From positions 13,314 to 77,313 of the forward strand of contig CALWJZ010000004.1 in the NCBI GenBank assembly GCA_944381145.1: a DNA stretch of 64,000 nucleotides, in the 5' to 3' direction. Source of the stretch: an uncultured Clostridia bacterium. Its GTDB lineage: Bacteria > Bacillota > Clostridia > Christensenellales > UBA1242. Each line of letters starts with the position of its first letter. Position 1 is the stretch's first letter. The position numbers and the translations under genes are program-made. The notes beneath the pieces are model-generated. The model saw nothing but the letters and a program-made list of their open reading frames with translations. It did not search any database and had not been told where the DNA came from. Of this stretch, positions 50,381 to 59,740 are shown one piece after another.

Positions 50381-51904
50381 TTATTTATCAAATCCTATCA
50401 AATTTGGTTTATATATAACTATTTTTTCTCCACCTTTTAATGGTAGTTCAATTTCTGGATTTTGTTCAAGAATCAATTCTTGACTAACATTCATATCTTT
50501 TGCTATATCCCAAACTGTTTCATTTGGTTTGACTATATAAATATATAATGCACAATCATCTTGAGGTTTTTCATCTCCTAATGAAATATTTGAAATAACA
50601 CAAACATCATTTAATCTATACATGTCACTATAAACACTAAGATCGGCAGAAACTTCAATTTCTTTTCCTCTTTTGCTTCTTGCATTTACGTTAGCCAAAC
50701 ACAATGTTACCACGTTTGATATTTCCCCTTCAATCTTTTGTTCTACTGAAAATGGCATTTCTACCTGTACCGAAGTAATACTATTTGTTTCTTTTGTATA
50801 ATAAACAACTGTAGCGTTAGCAACACCTTCAATATTTAAGATTCCATTTTCCACTCTACTACTAGCAAGAACGATATTATTTGTGCACACTCCCAAAATA
50901 TCATCAATGAAAGGAGCAGTATCCAATATACTTGCAGTTCCACTAATAGCATCTTTGAAATTAATAGATTGCACGCCATCAATGGTATCAAAGTTTTCAC
51001 TTGTTATGGATAAATAATTTGTTTTTGAATAAACATCATCTACAACATCTAACATTGATTTGGTAAAAACATAACCAGTATAAATAATAGGTATATACAA
51101 ACTTATTGTCGAATTATCTTCTTCCAAAATTGTAGAAACTTTTATTTCATTTGAAATCAAAGAAATAATACTTTGTATATAAGATGTTTCTTCTATACCA
51201 GTCAATGCAACATCAAAGTTAAAATCAAATGATTTTGCAATATTTTTTATATCATAATTATTTTCTCCTATTTGGTAGCACACATCAACATTTAAGACTC
51301 CATTAACTGTCAAATAATTTTCGTTTGGTACTACATTATTTAAACATACGCTTGGTGTTACCATTAAAACCTTGATAGCATCTTTGATTTCAAACTCTTG
51401 CGTAAAATCATACTTTTCTGTAGCTTTACCCAAATAGCTACTAAGTTCAATTTTTTTGGAAGATGTACAAATATTTTCACCTTCTACGTTAGTTAAAATA
51501 TTTACATCTTTAGTTGTTATTTCATCGATAGTTACTTCAATAATTGCAACAACTTTTATACCATTTGAAACAATATTACTATTGACATCAACAACATTTG
51601 AAGATAATACAATTTCTCCATTAATATCTTCTGTATATGTAAATTTATCTTTAAACTCAGCACTATAATCTATTGCAGATATACCATTACTTTCATACAT
51701 TGCTTGAAAGTCAACAAGCCCAACAAAATTAATCGTGTTGCCCACTACCTCACTAGAAACAATTGCTGACTTGGCGCTAATAGAATAAATAGCATTGATA
51801 ACATCTTCATTTGTTGGCAAATTCAATTCAATAACAGATTGTGTCATGCCTATGTTTTTTCTTGCACTACTCACAACCTTTGTAAAATTTGGCTCGAACA
51901 CCAT
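50381..51904 (-). CDS. SPOCS (DUF3794) repeat protein with C-terminal LysM domain
   Basis: 507 aa. The C-terminal YIVKPNETVWDIAKDMNVSQELILEQNP...GEKIVIY is a LysM domain. The repeated beta-rich N-terminal part looks like clostridial SPOCS proteins (from memory). Confidence 0.6.
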   Translation of the reverse strand: MVFEPNFTKVVSSARKNIGMTQSVIELNLPTNEDVINAIYSISAKSAIVSSEVVGNTINFVGLVDFQAMYESNGISAIDYSAEFKDKFTYTEDINGEIVLSSNVVDVNSNIVSNGIKVVAIIEVTIDEITTKDVNILTNVEGENICTSSKKIELSSYLGKATEKYDFTQEFEIKDAIKVLMVTPSVCLNNVVPNENYLTVNGVLNVDVCYQIGENNYDIKNIAKSFDFNFDVALTGIEETSYIQSIISLISNEIKVSTILEEDNSTISLYIPIIYTGYVFTKSMLDVVDDVYSKTNYLSITSENFDTIDGVQSINFKDAISGTASILDTAPFIDDILGVCTNNIVLASSRVENGILNIEGVANATVVYYTKETNSITSVQVEMPFSVEQKIEGEISNVVTLCLANVNARSKRGKEIEVSADLSVYSDMYRLNDVCVISNISLGDEKPQDDCALYIYIVKPNETVWDIAKDMNVSQELILEQNPEIELPLKGGEKIVIYKPNLIGFDK

Positions 51905-52055
51905 TTCAACCCCCTGATTTTTTTTTCTGATATAATATACTAGACATATTCACAAAATATGACAACAATATAAACTTTTTTATTCTTTTGCAATTTTGTT
52001 TTTTAAAATATGGTTAATTATGATATCATATAATATATATCTTATAGGAGTTTTT

Positions 52056-53219
52056 ATGAAAATATTGCTTATAGTGATTGATAGTTTTGGTATAGGAGCA
52101 ATGCCAGACGCCGATAAATTTGGAGATATAGGTAGCAATACTTATTTGAACGTTTTTAATAAAACTAAAGTAAAATTAAATAACATGATTAAATTGGGGC
52201 TTAATAATATTGACGGAATAGAACTTTCAAAGTCTGCAACTATTGGAAGTTTTGCTCGTCTAAAAGAATTGACATTTGCAAAAGATACAACAGCTGGACA
52301 CTATGAAATTTGTGGCTTAATTTTAAAGAATCCTTACAAAACATTCCCAAATGGTTTTCCAAAAAAACTACTTGATGTAATAAAAGAAAAATTAAATGTA
52401 GAATTTTTAGGTAATGAAGTTGCATCAGGCACAGAAATTATAGAACGACTTGGCAAAACTCATCTTGAAACCCACAAACCAATTTTATACACATCAGCAG
52501 ATTCTGTTTTACAAATAGCAACACATATAGACATCTATCCTCTTGAGAAATTATATAAATTATGCGAAGACATTAGAAAAATTTGTGATAAGGATAGTGA
52601 GTATAACATCGGTAGAATAATTGCAAGACCTTTTGATACAGATAGTAATGGCAAATTTTATCGTCTTGAAAATCGAAAAGACTATGCTCTTAATCCTCCA
52701 AATATTACCCTTCTTGACAAATTAAAAAATAATGGCTTAGATACTATTTGTATAGGTAAAATAGAAGATATCTTTAATTTTCAAGGCATAACAGAAAGTT
52801 ATCACACTAGAAATAATCAATCAGGTATTGAAGAAATTTTGAAAAATTCAAAACGCAATGATATCAATGGATTAATTTTCGCAAATTTAAATGATACAGA
52901 TATGTTGTATGGTCATAGAAATAATTTCGAAGGTTATGCAAAAGCACTTAAGGAAATAGATGAAAGTATTCCTAAAATTATTAATAATTTATCAAACGAC
53001 GATATTTTAATGATAACAGCAGATCATGGTTGCGATCCAACTACTATTAGCACAGATCATAGTAGAGAATATGTTCCATTATTAATTTATGGCAAAAATT
53101 TAAAAAATAATATTAATTTAGGTACAATTGAAGGATTCGATATTATAAGCAAATCTATTCTTGATTTGTTTAAAATTGAAAAGCACACAAATAATATTTT
53201 TAATAAATTGAAGAAATAG
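52056..53219 (+). CDS. deoB: Phosphopentomutase
   Basis: ATG 52056 lies 5 nt after AGGAG. MKILLIVIDSFGIGAMPDA...; the ORF-track N-terminal extension is rejected. Confidence 0.92.
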   Translation: MKILLIVIDSFGIGAMPDADKFGDIGSNTYLNVFNKTKVKLNNMIKLGLNNIDGIELSKSATIGSFARLKELTFAKDTTAGHYEICGLILKNPYKTFPNGFPKKLLDVIKEKLNVEFLGNEVASGTEIIERLGKTHLETHKPILYTSADSVLQIATHIDIYPLEKLYKLCEDIRKICDKDSEYNIGRIIARPFDTDSNGKFYRLENRKDYALNPPNITLLDKLKNNGLDTICIGKIEDIFNFQGITESYHTRNNQSGIEEILKNSKRNDINGLIFANLNDTDMLYGHRNNFEGYAKALKEIDESIPKIINNLSNDDILMITADHGCDPTTISTDHSREYVPLLIYGKNLKNNINLGTIEGFDIISKSILDLFKIEKHTNNIFNKLKK

Positions 53220-53229
53220 GAGAAAAAAT

Positions 53230-53937
53230 ATGACAGCACATATTTCAGCACAAAAAGGTGATTTTGCACAAGTTGTAATTATGCCTGGAGATCCTTTGAG
53301 AAGTAAAATGATTGCAGAGACTTATTTGGATAATCCCAAACTTGTAAACAATGTACGAGGTATTCAAGGTTACACAGGTTTTTACAAAGGAAAAAAAGTA
53401 TCCGTAATGGCAAGTGGAATGGGAAATCCAACTATGGGAATTTATTCTTATGAATTATTTAAATTTTTTGATGTGAAAAAAATTATAAGAGTAGGCTCAA
53501 TTGGAGCAATTAACAAGGATATACCTTTAAAAAGTTTAATTATTGCAAAAAGAGTTTTTTCAAATACAAATTATAATAATTTTTATATTAATTTTGGAGA
53601 AGATTACATCAACGCCTCCAAAAATTTAGTTTCTCTCGCTTGTAAAAAAGCAAAAGAATTAGATTTAAAATATACAATTGGAGATGTTCTTTGTTCTGAT
53701 ACTTTTTACACAGATGAAGATGAGGTTTCTAAGGCTCTAAAGTTAAATTTGATTGGTGTTGAAATGGAAGGTGCTGCACTTTATTTAAATGCAGAAAGAT
53801 TAAACAAAGAAGCTTTGGTAATTTGCACTGTATCAAATAACTTAATAACAAATGAAGATACCACAAGCGAAGAAAGACAAAATTCTTTCCATGACATGAT
53901 AAAATTAGCTCTCGAGATTTCTATTACTGAAGACTAA
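53230..53937 (+). CDS. deoD: Purine nucleoside phosphorylase, DeoD type
   Basis: GDFAQVVIMPGDPLRSKMIAETYL...NNVRG...KKIIRVGS aligns closely with E. coli DeoD. Confidence 0.95.
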   Translation: MTAHISAQKGDFAQVVIMPGDPLRSKMIAETYLDNPKLVNNVRGIQGYTGFYKGKKVSVMASGMGNPTMGIYSYELFKFFDVKKIIRVGSIGAINKDIPLKSLIIAKRVFSNTNYNNFYINFGEDYINASKNLVSLACKKAKELDLKYTIGDVLCSDTFYTDEDEVSKALKLNLIGVEMEGAALYLNAERLNKEALVICTVSNNLITNEDTTSEERQNSFHDMIKLALEISITED

Positions 53938-53940
53938 AAT

Positions 53941-54489
53941 TTATAGTTTCTTCAAAAAATTTAGATTTCTATTTGAAATACACAAATTATAATTTTGATT
54001 AGTAATTTCAAGTGTACCTTTGAAAAATATTCTTATTTCTTGTGTTTTATTATTTTCATCTTTGTAGGTTATATCATAAAAACTATAGCCTAATATATTA
54101 AGCAACGGATTTATATAGAAAATATTATTTTTAATATATACAATACCTATAAAAATTAAAATAACTACAAAAACACAAATAAAGCAAATTTTAGATAAAT
54201 CAAATGCCAATGCCAACAAAACGAACAAAGAAAAATAATTTAAGAAATGTTGATCTGTTATATTTTTTTTTGACAAAACTTTAATGGTTTTATATTTATT
54301 ATTTTTATAATTTATTATATACAATAAACCAACTATTCCTAAAATTGAAAGAATAGTTAAAACGATTAATACGCAAGTATTAACTATATTAAATGTTAAA
54401 TTCCCATTAATCAATTCTACAATTAAATTAATCAAAAACAAAATGTACATAGGAACAAACGCAGATATATATAAAATTACTTTTGACAT
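53941..54489 (-). CDS. Hypothetical membrane protein (182 aa)
   Basis: Four predicted TM. No family recognised. Confidence 0.5.
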   Translation of the reverse strand: MSKVILYISAFVPMYILFLINLIVELINGNLTFNIVNTCVLIVLTILSILGIVGLLYIINYKNNKYKTIKVLSKKNITDQHFLNYFSLFVLLALAFDLSKICFICVFVVILIFIGIVYIKNNIFYINPLLNILGYSFYDITYKDENNKTQEIRIFFKGTLEITNQNYNLCISNRNLNFLKKL

Positions 54490-54576
54490 ATTATATTATT
54501 AGTTAAAAGTATTTTTTTATACAATTTTATTTATATTAGCACAATAATTATTTAATTTTCATATTATTATTTAAAT

Positions 54577-55074
54577 ATGAAATATTTAAAATCAATTCAA
54601 GAAAGAGATCCAGCAAGTGGCAATCAAATACAAATATTTTTTTGCTATCCATGCGTACATGCTATAATAGCACATAGAATAAATCACTTTTTGTATAATT
54701 GTAAATTAAAATTTCTTGCTAGATTATTTAGCCAAATCAATCGTTTTTTTACAAACATAGAAATACACCCTGGAGCAATTATAGGAAAAAATTTATTGAT
54801 AGACCATGGTGCAGGTGTTGTTATTGGAGAAACCACAATAATTGGTGATAATTGTACTATATATCAAGGTGTAACACTTGGTGGCACAGGAAAAGAAAAA
54901 GGAAAAAGACACCCAACAATAGGAAACAATGTATTTATAGGAAGTGGAGCAAAAATATTGGGCAATATAACAATAGGTAATAATGCAAAGATTGGAGCAA
55001 ATAGTGTTGTATTACATGATATACCACCAAATACAACTGCTGTAGGAATACCTGCAAAAGTCGTGAAAAAGTAA
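54577..55074 (+). CDS. cysE: Serine O-acetyltransferase (short form)
   Basis: Hexapeptide-repeat core [41 protein letters not shown]. Confidence 0.9.
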   Translation: MKYLKSIQERDPASGNQIQIFFCYPCVHAIIAHRINHFLYNCKLKFLARLFSQINRFFTNIEIHPGAIIGKNLLIDHGAGVVIGETTIIGDNCTIYQGVTLGGTGKEKGKRHPTIGNNVFIGSGAKILGNITIGNNAKIGANSVVLHDIPPNTTAVGIPAKVVKK

Positions 55075-55215
55075 ATAAATTTATTGTCATAAACATATCA
55101 ATTTTTGACAATTTTTTATATATTTCTTGCAAATTATATCATTTATATCAAAAATAATCTCGTATAAAATTTTAATTACTAATCAAACTAAATTTGTAAA
55201 GAGGTTAAAACTTAA

Positions 55216-55884
55216 ATGAAGCAAAAAAAATATTTGATATTGATGCTATTATTAATTATAATGTTGTGTTCTATTACAAGTTATTCGTTGCCTGTCATGG
55301 CTCAATCAAACTTAGAAATAGAAATTTGGAGTGAAGGAAAAATTGAAATTCTTCCTGATACAGCTGAAATCAATTTTTCTATTCAATATATAGATAAAAT
55401 AGAAGAAAACTCATATAATTTTACAATGGAAACCTATAACAAAATTTTAGATATTTTATCATCTAACAACTTTGATGAAAGCGATATCAAAATTCAATAT
55501 ATTCAAACTTATAGTTTGAATAGCAATTATGATATTGGTTTTAAAACATGTTTAAATTTTTCTGTCAAAACTGATATTAATGATATATATGATATTATAA
55601 ATTTATGTGAGCATGAATATATTGAAGTTCAAAATATCAATTATTCCAATTCCTATAATGATAGGTATTATATAGATGCAGTAAAATTAGCAATTGAAAA
55701 TGCAAAAGAAAAAGTGCAACAAATTTACCCTAATCAAAATTTCATAATAGAAAATATAAAAGAAGAAAATTATTATTATCCTGCAGTAATGTACAAAGAA
55801 TATGTACAACAACATATCGAACAAGATATGCAAACCCCTATTGAAATAATTGCATTAGTTAGAGTAACTTTTGAGATTATATAA
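55216..55884 (+). CDS. SIMPL (DUF541) domain secreted protein
   Basis: Signal peptide. EIEIWSEGKIEILPDTAEINFSI matches the SIMPL N-terminal pattern. Confidence 0.6.
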   Translation: MKQKKYLILMLLLIIMLCSITSYSLPVMAQSNLEIEIWSEGKIEILPDTAEINFSIQYIDKIEENSYNFTMETYNKILDILSSNNFDESDIKIQYIQTYSLNSNYDIGFKTCLNFSVKTDINDIYDIINLCEHEYIEVQNINYSNSYNDRYYIDAVKLAIENAKEKVQQIYPNQNFIIENIKEENYYYPAVMYKEYVQQHIEQDMQTPIEIIALVRVTFEII

Positions 55885-55886
55885 AA

Positions 55887-55916
55887 AATGCTAAATCACC
55901 TTTTAGCATTTTTTTA
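55887..55916 (+). terminator. Intrinsic terminator
   Basis: AATGCTAAA-loop-TTTAGCATT followed by a T-run. Confidence 0.7.
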
Positions 55917-56006
55917 TTTAAACTTTACAAAAAAATAAAAAAATGATAAAATTATTTAGTATTGAATTAAAAGATACAGTTTTTTCAACACGATTAAATT
56001 GTTTGT

Positions 56007-56097
56007 GGAGACGTACCGAAGTGGCCGTACCGGGACGCACTCGAAATGCGTTTGTCAAGTAATTGGCACGAGAGTTCGAATCTCTCCGTCTCCGCCA
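56007..56097 (+). tRNA. tRNA-Ser (anticodon CGA), long variable arm, CCA encoded
   Basis: GGAGACG acceptor stem, anticodon arm ACGCA-CTCGAAA-TGCGT, variable arm TTGTCAAGTAATTGGCAC, T arm GAGAG-TTCGAAT-CTCTC, 3' CGTCTCCGCCA. Confidence 0.9.
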
Positions 56098-56098
56098 A
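56077..56098 (+). repeat. Direct repeat copy 1 (3' end of tRNA-Ser): CGAATCTCTCCGTCTCCGCCAA
   Basis: Exact 22-nt match to 56206-56227. Confidence 0.95.
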
Positions 56099-56205
56099 AA
56101 AAAAACAACTGCAGTTAGAGATTCTCACTCTTGCAGTGTACTCGCACTCACATACTTATTATTTTTACCTTATGTTCGTGCGAGGGCGTTCGCTTCGCTC
56201 GGCTC

Positions 56206-56227
56206 CGAATCTCTCCGTCTCCGCCAA
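56206..56227 (+). repeat. Direct repeat copy 2 (displaced tRNA-Ser 3' end, att-like)
   Basis: Exact 22-nt match to 56077-56098, followed 5 nt later by a strong terminator. Confidence 0.95.
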
Positions 56228-56232
56228 GAGCA

Positions 56233-56270
56233 AACAATCCGAACCATTTGTGGTTTCGGGTTGTTTTTTA
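56233..56270 (+). terminator. Strong intrinsic terminator, probably the original tRNA-Ser terminator
   Basis: About 14-bp stem AACAATCCGAACCA/TGGTTTCGGGTTGTT followed by a T-run. Confidence 0.75.
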
Positions 56271-57748
56271 TTATCAAAAAGTTCGCCATCTTCTGGTATT
56301 TCTTTAAGTTTTAAATGGGTTTTCTTGTCATCACTTGCATTGAAATAAATATCAACATGGTTATCAAATAAAACAACTTTGTTGATAAACATATCAATTA
56401 GTCTTTGTTTTGCCTTTTCGTTATTTTTGTCTATATCTTTAAATGACAAGAGATAAGTATAAACTTGTTCTTCATTAAATGGTTGTATTGATTGAGCAGA
56501 GACTTGTGCAATCTTTTCTTCCAACTCTTTTTTAGATATTTCAAGTTCTTTCATTCTTTGATTTGTAGTATCGTTAAAAATCCCATTTTCTATTGCAGAA
56601 AGAAGATTTTTAAGTTTTTTATTTATGTCTGAAAGTTCTTTTTCAAGTGCTTTTAGTTCGTGATTTTCTTCTGACTTTTATTATAAATTTCAGTAATCTT
56701 TTTTGCTAGTGCCTTTAAATCAATTTGCATAAAAAAGTTTTGTGTTGCCGTGAACACAATATCTTCTATATATTCTTTTGAAATAGATTTTTTGTCGCAT
56801 TTCTCTTTGTTTCTTTTCTTTGTAAAACATTTGTAGTAATTGTATATCTTTCCAAGTTTGCCTTTACCACTATCACCAGTCATTAAACCACCACATTTGC
56901 CACAAAGTAGTTTTCCACTTAAAAGATATTGCGTGTCGGTTTTGTAGTGTGCAGAGGTGCGTTTTCCGACTTTTAACTTCGCATTAACTTCATCAAAAAT
57001 CTCTTTACTAACAATTTGTGGATAGATATTTGTGTAAATAGTGTCATCGGCAGTTATAATACCCTTATAGTTTTCATTTCTTAAAATTCTGCTAACACTA
57101 TTTATATTCCACTCTGTGCCATATTTGTTTTTAATTCCAGTACTAGACAATTTTACAACAATATCTTTAATTCTTATACCAGAAAGATAATCGTTAAACA
57201 TTTGTCTAACAATATTTGCTTCCGTTTCATTTATCACAAGTCTTTGATTGATTTTGTCATATCCATAAGGAGTAGGTCCACCAGTAAATAAACCTTTAAT
57301 TCTGCTTTCTTTAAGCCCACGCTTAACTTTTTGACTAAGTTCAGCAGAATAATACTTGGCAAAACTTTTAAGCATCCCTTCGAGTATTATGCCTTCAGGA
57401 GTATTAGAAATCTGCTCTGTTGCCGAAACAACTTTAACACCATTTTTCTTCAAAATAGATTTGTTAATCGCACTATCATATCTTGACCTTGCAAATCTAT
57501 CAAATTTATAGACAAGAACAAAGTTCCATTCATGCTTTTTGCTGTCGCCAATCATTTGTTGAAAAGCAGGTCGCTTATCATTCGTTCCAGTCATAGCCCT
57601 GTCGACATATTCACCGACAACAGCATATCCATTCTTTTCAGCATATTCCTTGCAAACTCGCATTTGACCTTCAATACTCTGTTCAGTTTGGCTATCGCTT
57701 GAATATCTCGCATAAATAACCACTTTGTTCATAATTTTACTCCTTTTA

Positions 57749-58129
57749 TCAAATATTATATTTTGCTTTTATTTCTGCAATCTTTGTTAACATTACATTA
57801 ATTTTAGAAATATCATTATCTTTAGATAAATTTAAGTATTTAACTAATCCTACAAGTTCTTCTACTGCATCTTCGTTGATTTTTAAAATTCTAGTTGCAA
57901 TAAATCTAAAAATTTCTTCATCATGATTTATATCTACCATTAGGGCTAATATTTTTGTTTTATCTTTTTCTAAAATATATTTATCATTCTTAATAATCTC
58001 TTCAACGCATTTTTTTAAAGAGACATTTTTGTCCATAATATTGAAAATTTCATCTATTACTTGTGGACGGTAATTTGAAAATTGTAAAAACATTTGTTTA
58101 ATTGCAATTTTTATTTCATCTTTAGTCAT
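57749..58129 (-). CDS. Hypothetical helical protein (126 aa), cotranscribed with the methyltransferase
   Basis: Overlaps the M1 stop by 8 nt. No recognisable motif; it is not Vsr-like. Confidence 0.5.
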   Translation of the reverse strand: MTKDEIKIAIKQMFLQFSNYRPQVIDEIFNIMDKNVSLKKCVEEIIKNDKYILEKDKTKILALMVDINHDEEIFRFIATRILKINEDAVEELVGLVKYLNLSKDNDISKINVMLTKIAEIKAKYNI

Positions 58130-59081
58130 TATTTTCTCCTTCGTTAATAATTGTAAAAATATTTTTCGCTATTCTTTCAATAACAGTGACACAAACACTA
58201 TTTCCTGCTTGTTTATACAATTGAGCAGTAGAAATATTTGGCAAAACATAATCCTTTGGAAAGCCTTGTAAGTTAAAACATTCTTTTGGAGTTAATTTTC
58301 TAATTCCAAATTTTGTAATGACTAATGGAACATTATGTCCACCAGTTCCCATGTTTGCAGTTAAAGTTGGAGACAAGTTGCTTTTGTTTTGTCTTACATA
58401 TTGTCTTCGCCATTGATACAACGTGTCTTGGTTATTAAATTCTTGCATTGCACTTACGATTTTAGAATACTTTTCATAAGTATAATAATATTTATCCTCA
58501 ACTTTATTATCAAAATCTATCACATCTTTTAATTTTGTTGTTAATGGAATTGGGGTAGGAAAATAAAATTTGTTAGCAAATTCTTCATTTAAAAAACCAA
58601 CGATGTATATTCTTTCCCTGTTTTGTGGGAGATTACCATACTCGCAAGCATTAAGCACCATATAACGAACGTGATAACCTATTTCTTTTAAGGTCGTTAA
58701 TATTATATCAAAAGTTTTTCCATTATCATGAGCAACTAAATTTTTAACATTCTCTAAGAACACTACTTGTGGTTTTCGTTCTCTTAAAATTCTAGCAATT
58801 TCAAAAAACAATGTTCCCCGAGTATCTTCAAATCCTTTTCTATAACCAGCAACAGAAAAAGCTTGGCATGGAAATCCTGCTATTAAACAATCAAAATCCG
58901 GCAAATCGTTGGCACTAATATTTTTTACATCTTCACATACAGACTTAATTTTGAAGTTTGCGTCAAAAGTCTTACATGCATAACAATCTATATCGTTTGC
59001 AAATATAGTTTTGAAGCCTGCGTTTTCAAATGCAATGTCTATTCCACCAACCCCACTAAATAAACTTACAACTCTGTTCAT
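58122..59081 (-). CDS. DNA (cytosine-5)-methyltransferase (M1)
   Basis: Motif I FSGVGG, IV GFPCQAFS, VI ENV, VIII QNRERIYIVG, X GNSV. Confidence 0.92.
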   Translation of the reverse strand: MNRVVSLFSGVGGIDIAFENAGFKTIFANDIDCYACKTFDANFKIKSVCEDVKNISANDLPDFDCLIAGFPCQAFSVAGYRKGFEDTRGTLFFEIARILRERKPQVVFLENVKNLVAHDNGKTFDIILTTLKEIGYHVRYMVLNACEYGNLPQNRERIYIVGFLNEEFANKFYFPTPIPLTTKLKDVIDFDNKVEDKYYYTYEKYSKIVSAMQEFNNQDTLYQWRRQYVRQNKSNLSPTLTANMGTGGHNVPLVITKFGIRKLTPKECFNLQGFPKDYVLPNISTAQLYKQAGNSVCVTVIERIAKNIFTIINEGENND

Positions 59082-59144
59082 AGTTTTTGCAGCATGCCGC
59101 TTATTAAATATCTATAATAAACGGCACACCCTTTCCTCCTTTTG

Positions 59145-59687
59145 TTAATCTATCAATTTTATTCTTTTGATAGGTTTTATATTTTTCTCTTTAATTAATT
59201 TTTTTAATGATAATCTAGGTCTTCGACCTTGTTCTTGTTGCATTTTAAATGTTTCATTTTTCTTTGCGTTGAGAATAACATCATCAAGAGCAAAGTCCAA
59301 ACGATAAACATCTATAATGCCATCAATTTTACCAGTTGTCGCAAAATCCATGAAATACAATTCATCCCATTTTGACCTTGGTCCAAATGATGTGCAATCG
59401 TTTGCTATAGAAGCCGATTTAACTTGAACTCCCGCTCCATTGTCAAGATTTACACAATCATAAGAGTGTGCAGTGTTATTTGTCCTTACTGCATTAAAAT
59501 AAATACAATAAAGAGCTTCACTAAAAACATCTGGAACATTAAGCCCACGACCGCCTAAAGATGTGACTTTTTTGTTGATTTCTAGCCACTCGGCAAAAAT
59601 TTCTTTTAATGTGATTAAATCCTTATTATCAAATTTATCACCATAGATAATTTCACCATTTTTTAATTTAACTTTAACTTTTTCCAA
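59145..59687 (-). CDS. Putative small type II restriction endonuclease (R1)
   Basis: 180 aa directly upstream of M1. Candidate PD-(D/E)xK-like SYDCVNLDNGAGVQVKSAS. TTG start. Possibly the Bsp6I-like family (from memory, unverified). Confidence 0.5.
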   Translation of the reverse strand: MEKVKVKLKNGEIIYGDKFDNKDLITLKEIFAEWLEINKKVTSLGGRGLNVPDVFSEALYCIYFNAVRTNNTAHSYDCVNLDNGAGVQVKSASIANDCTSFGPRSKWDELYFMDFATTGKIDGIIDVYRLDFALDDVILNAKKNETFKMQQEQGRRPRLSLKKLIKEKNIKPIKRIKLID

Positions 59688-59712
59688 CTTGGCTTTAGGT
59701 GTACCTATACAT

Positions 59713-59721
59713 ATTATAACA
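59713..59721 (-). promoter_or_regulatory. Extended -10 element (TGTTATAAT) upstream of R1
   Basis: Minus strand TGTTATAAT, about 26 nt upstream of the TTG start. No clear -35. Confidence 0.35.
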
Positions 59722-59740
59722 TATTTTTGATAAAAAGTAG

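Larger units (their letters stand above)
56165..57732 (-). pseudogene. Large serine recombinase, disrupted by a frameshift (two ORFs: 56653-57732 and 56165-~56677)
   Basis: N-terminal resolvase domain (VVIYARYSSDSQ catalytic Ser motif), recombinase domain and zinc ribbon (CGKCGG...YYKC). The frame ends at TAA 56653. The coiled-coil and C-terminal part continues in another frame (EENHELKALEKELSDINKKLKNLLSAIENGIF...MKELEISKK...), which opens at about 56677. Confidence 0.8.

Noticed and set aside
56046-56348. 100-aa and 83-aa plus-strand ORFs (56046-56348, 56063-56314)
   Set aside because: They overlap tRNA-Ser, the duplicated tRNA end and the terminator. They are open by chance in the GC-richer segment.
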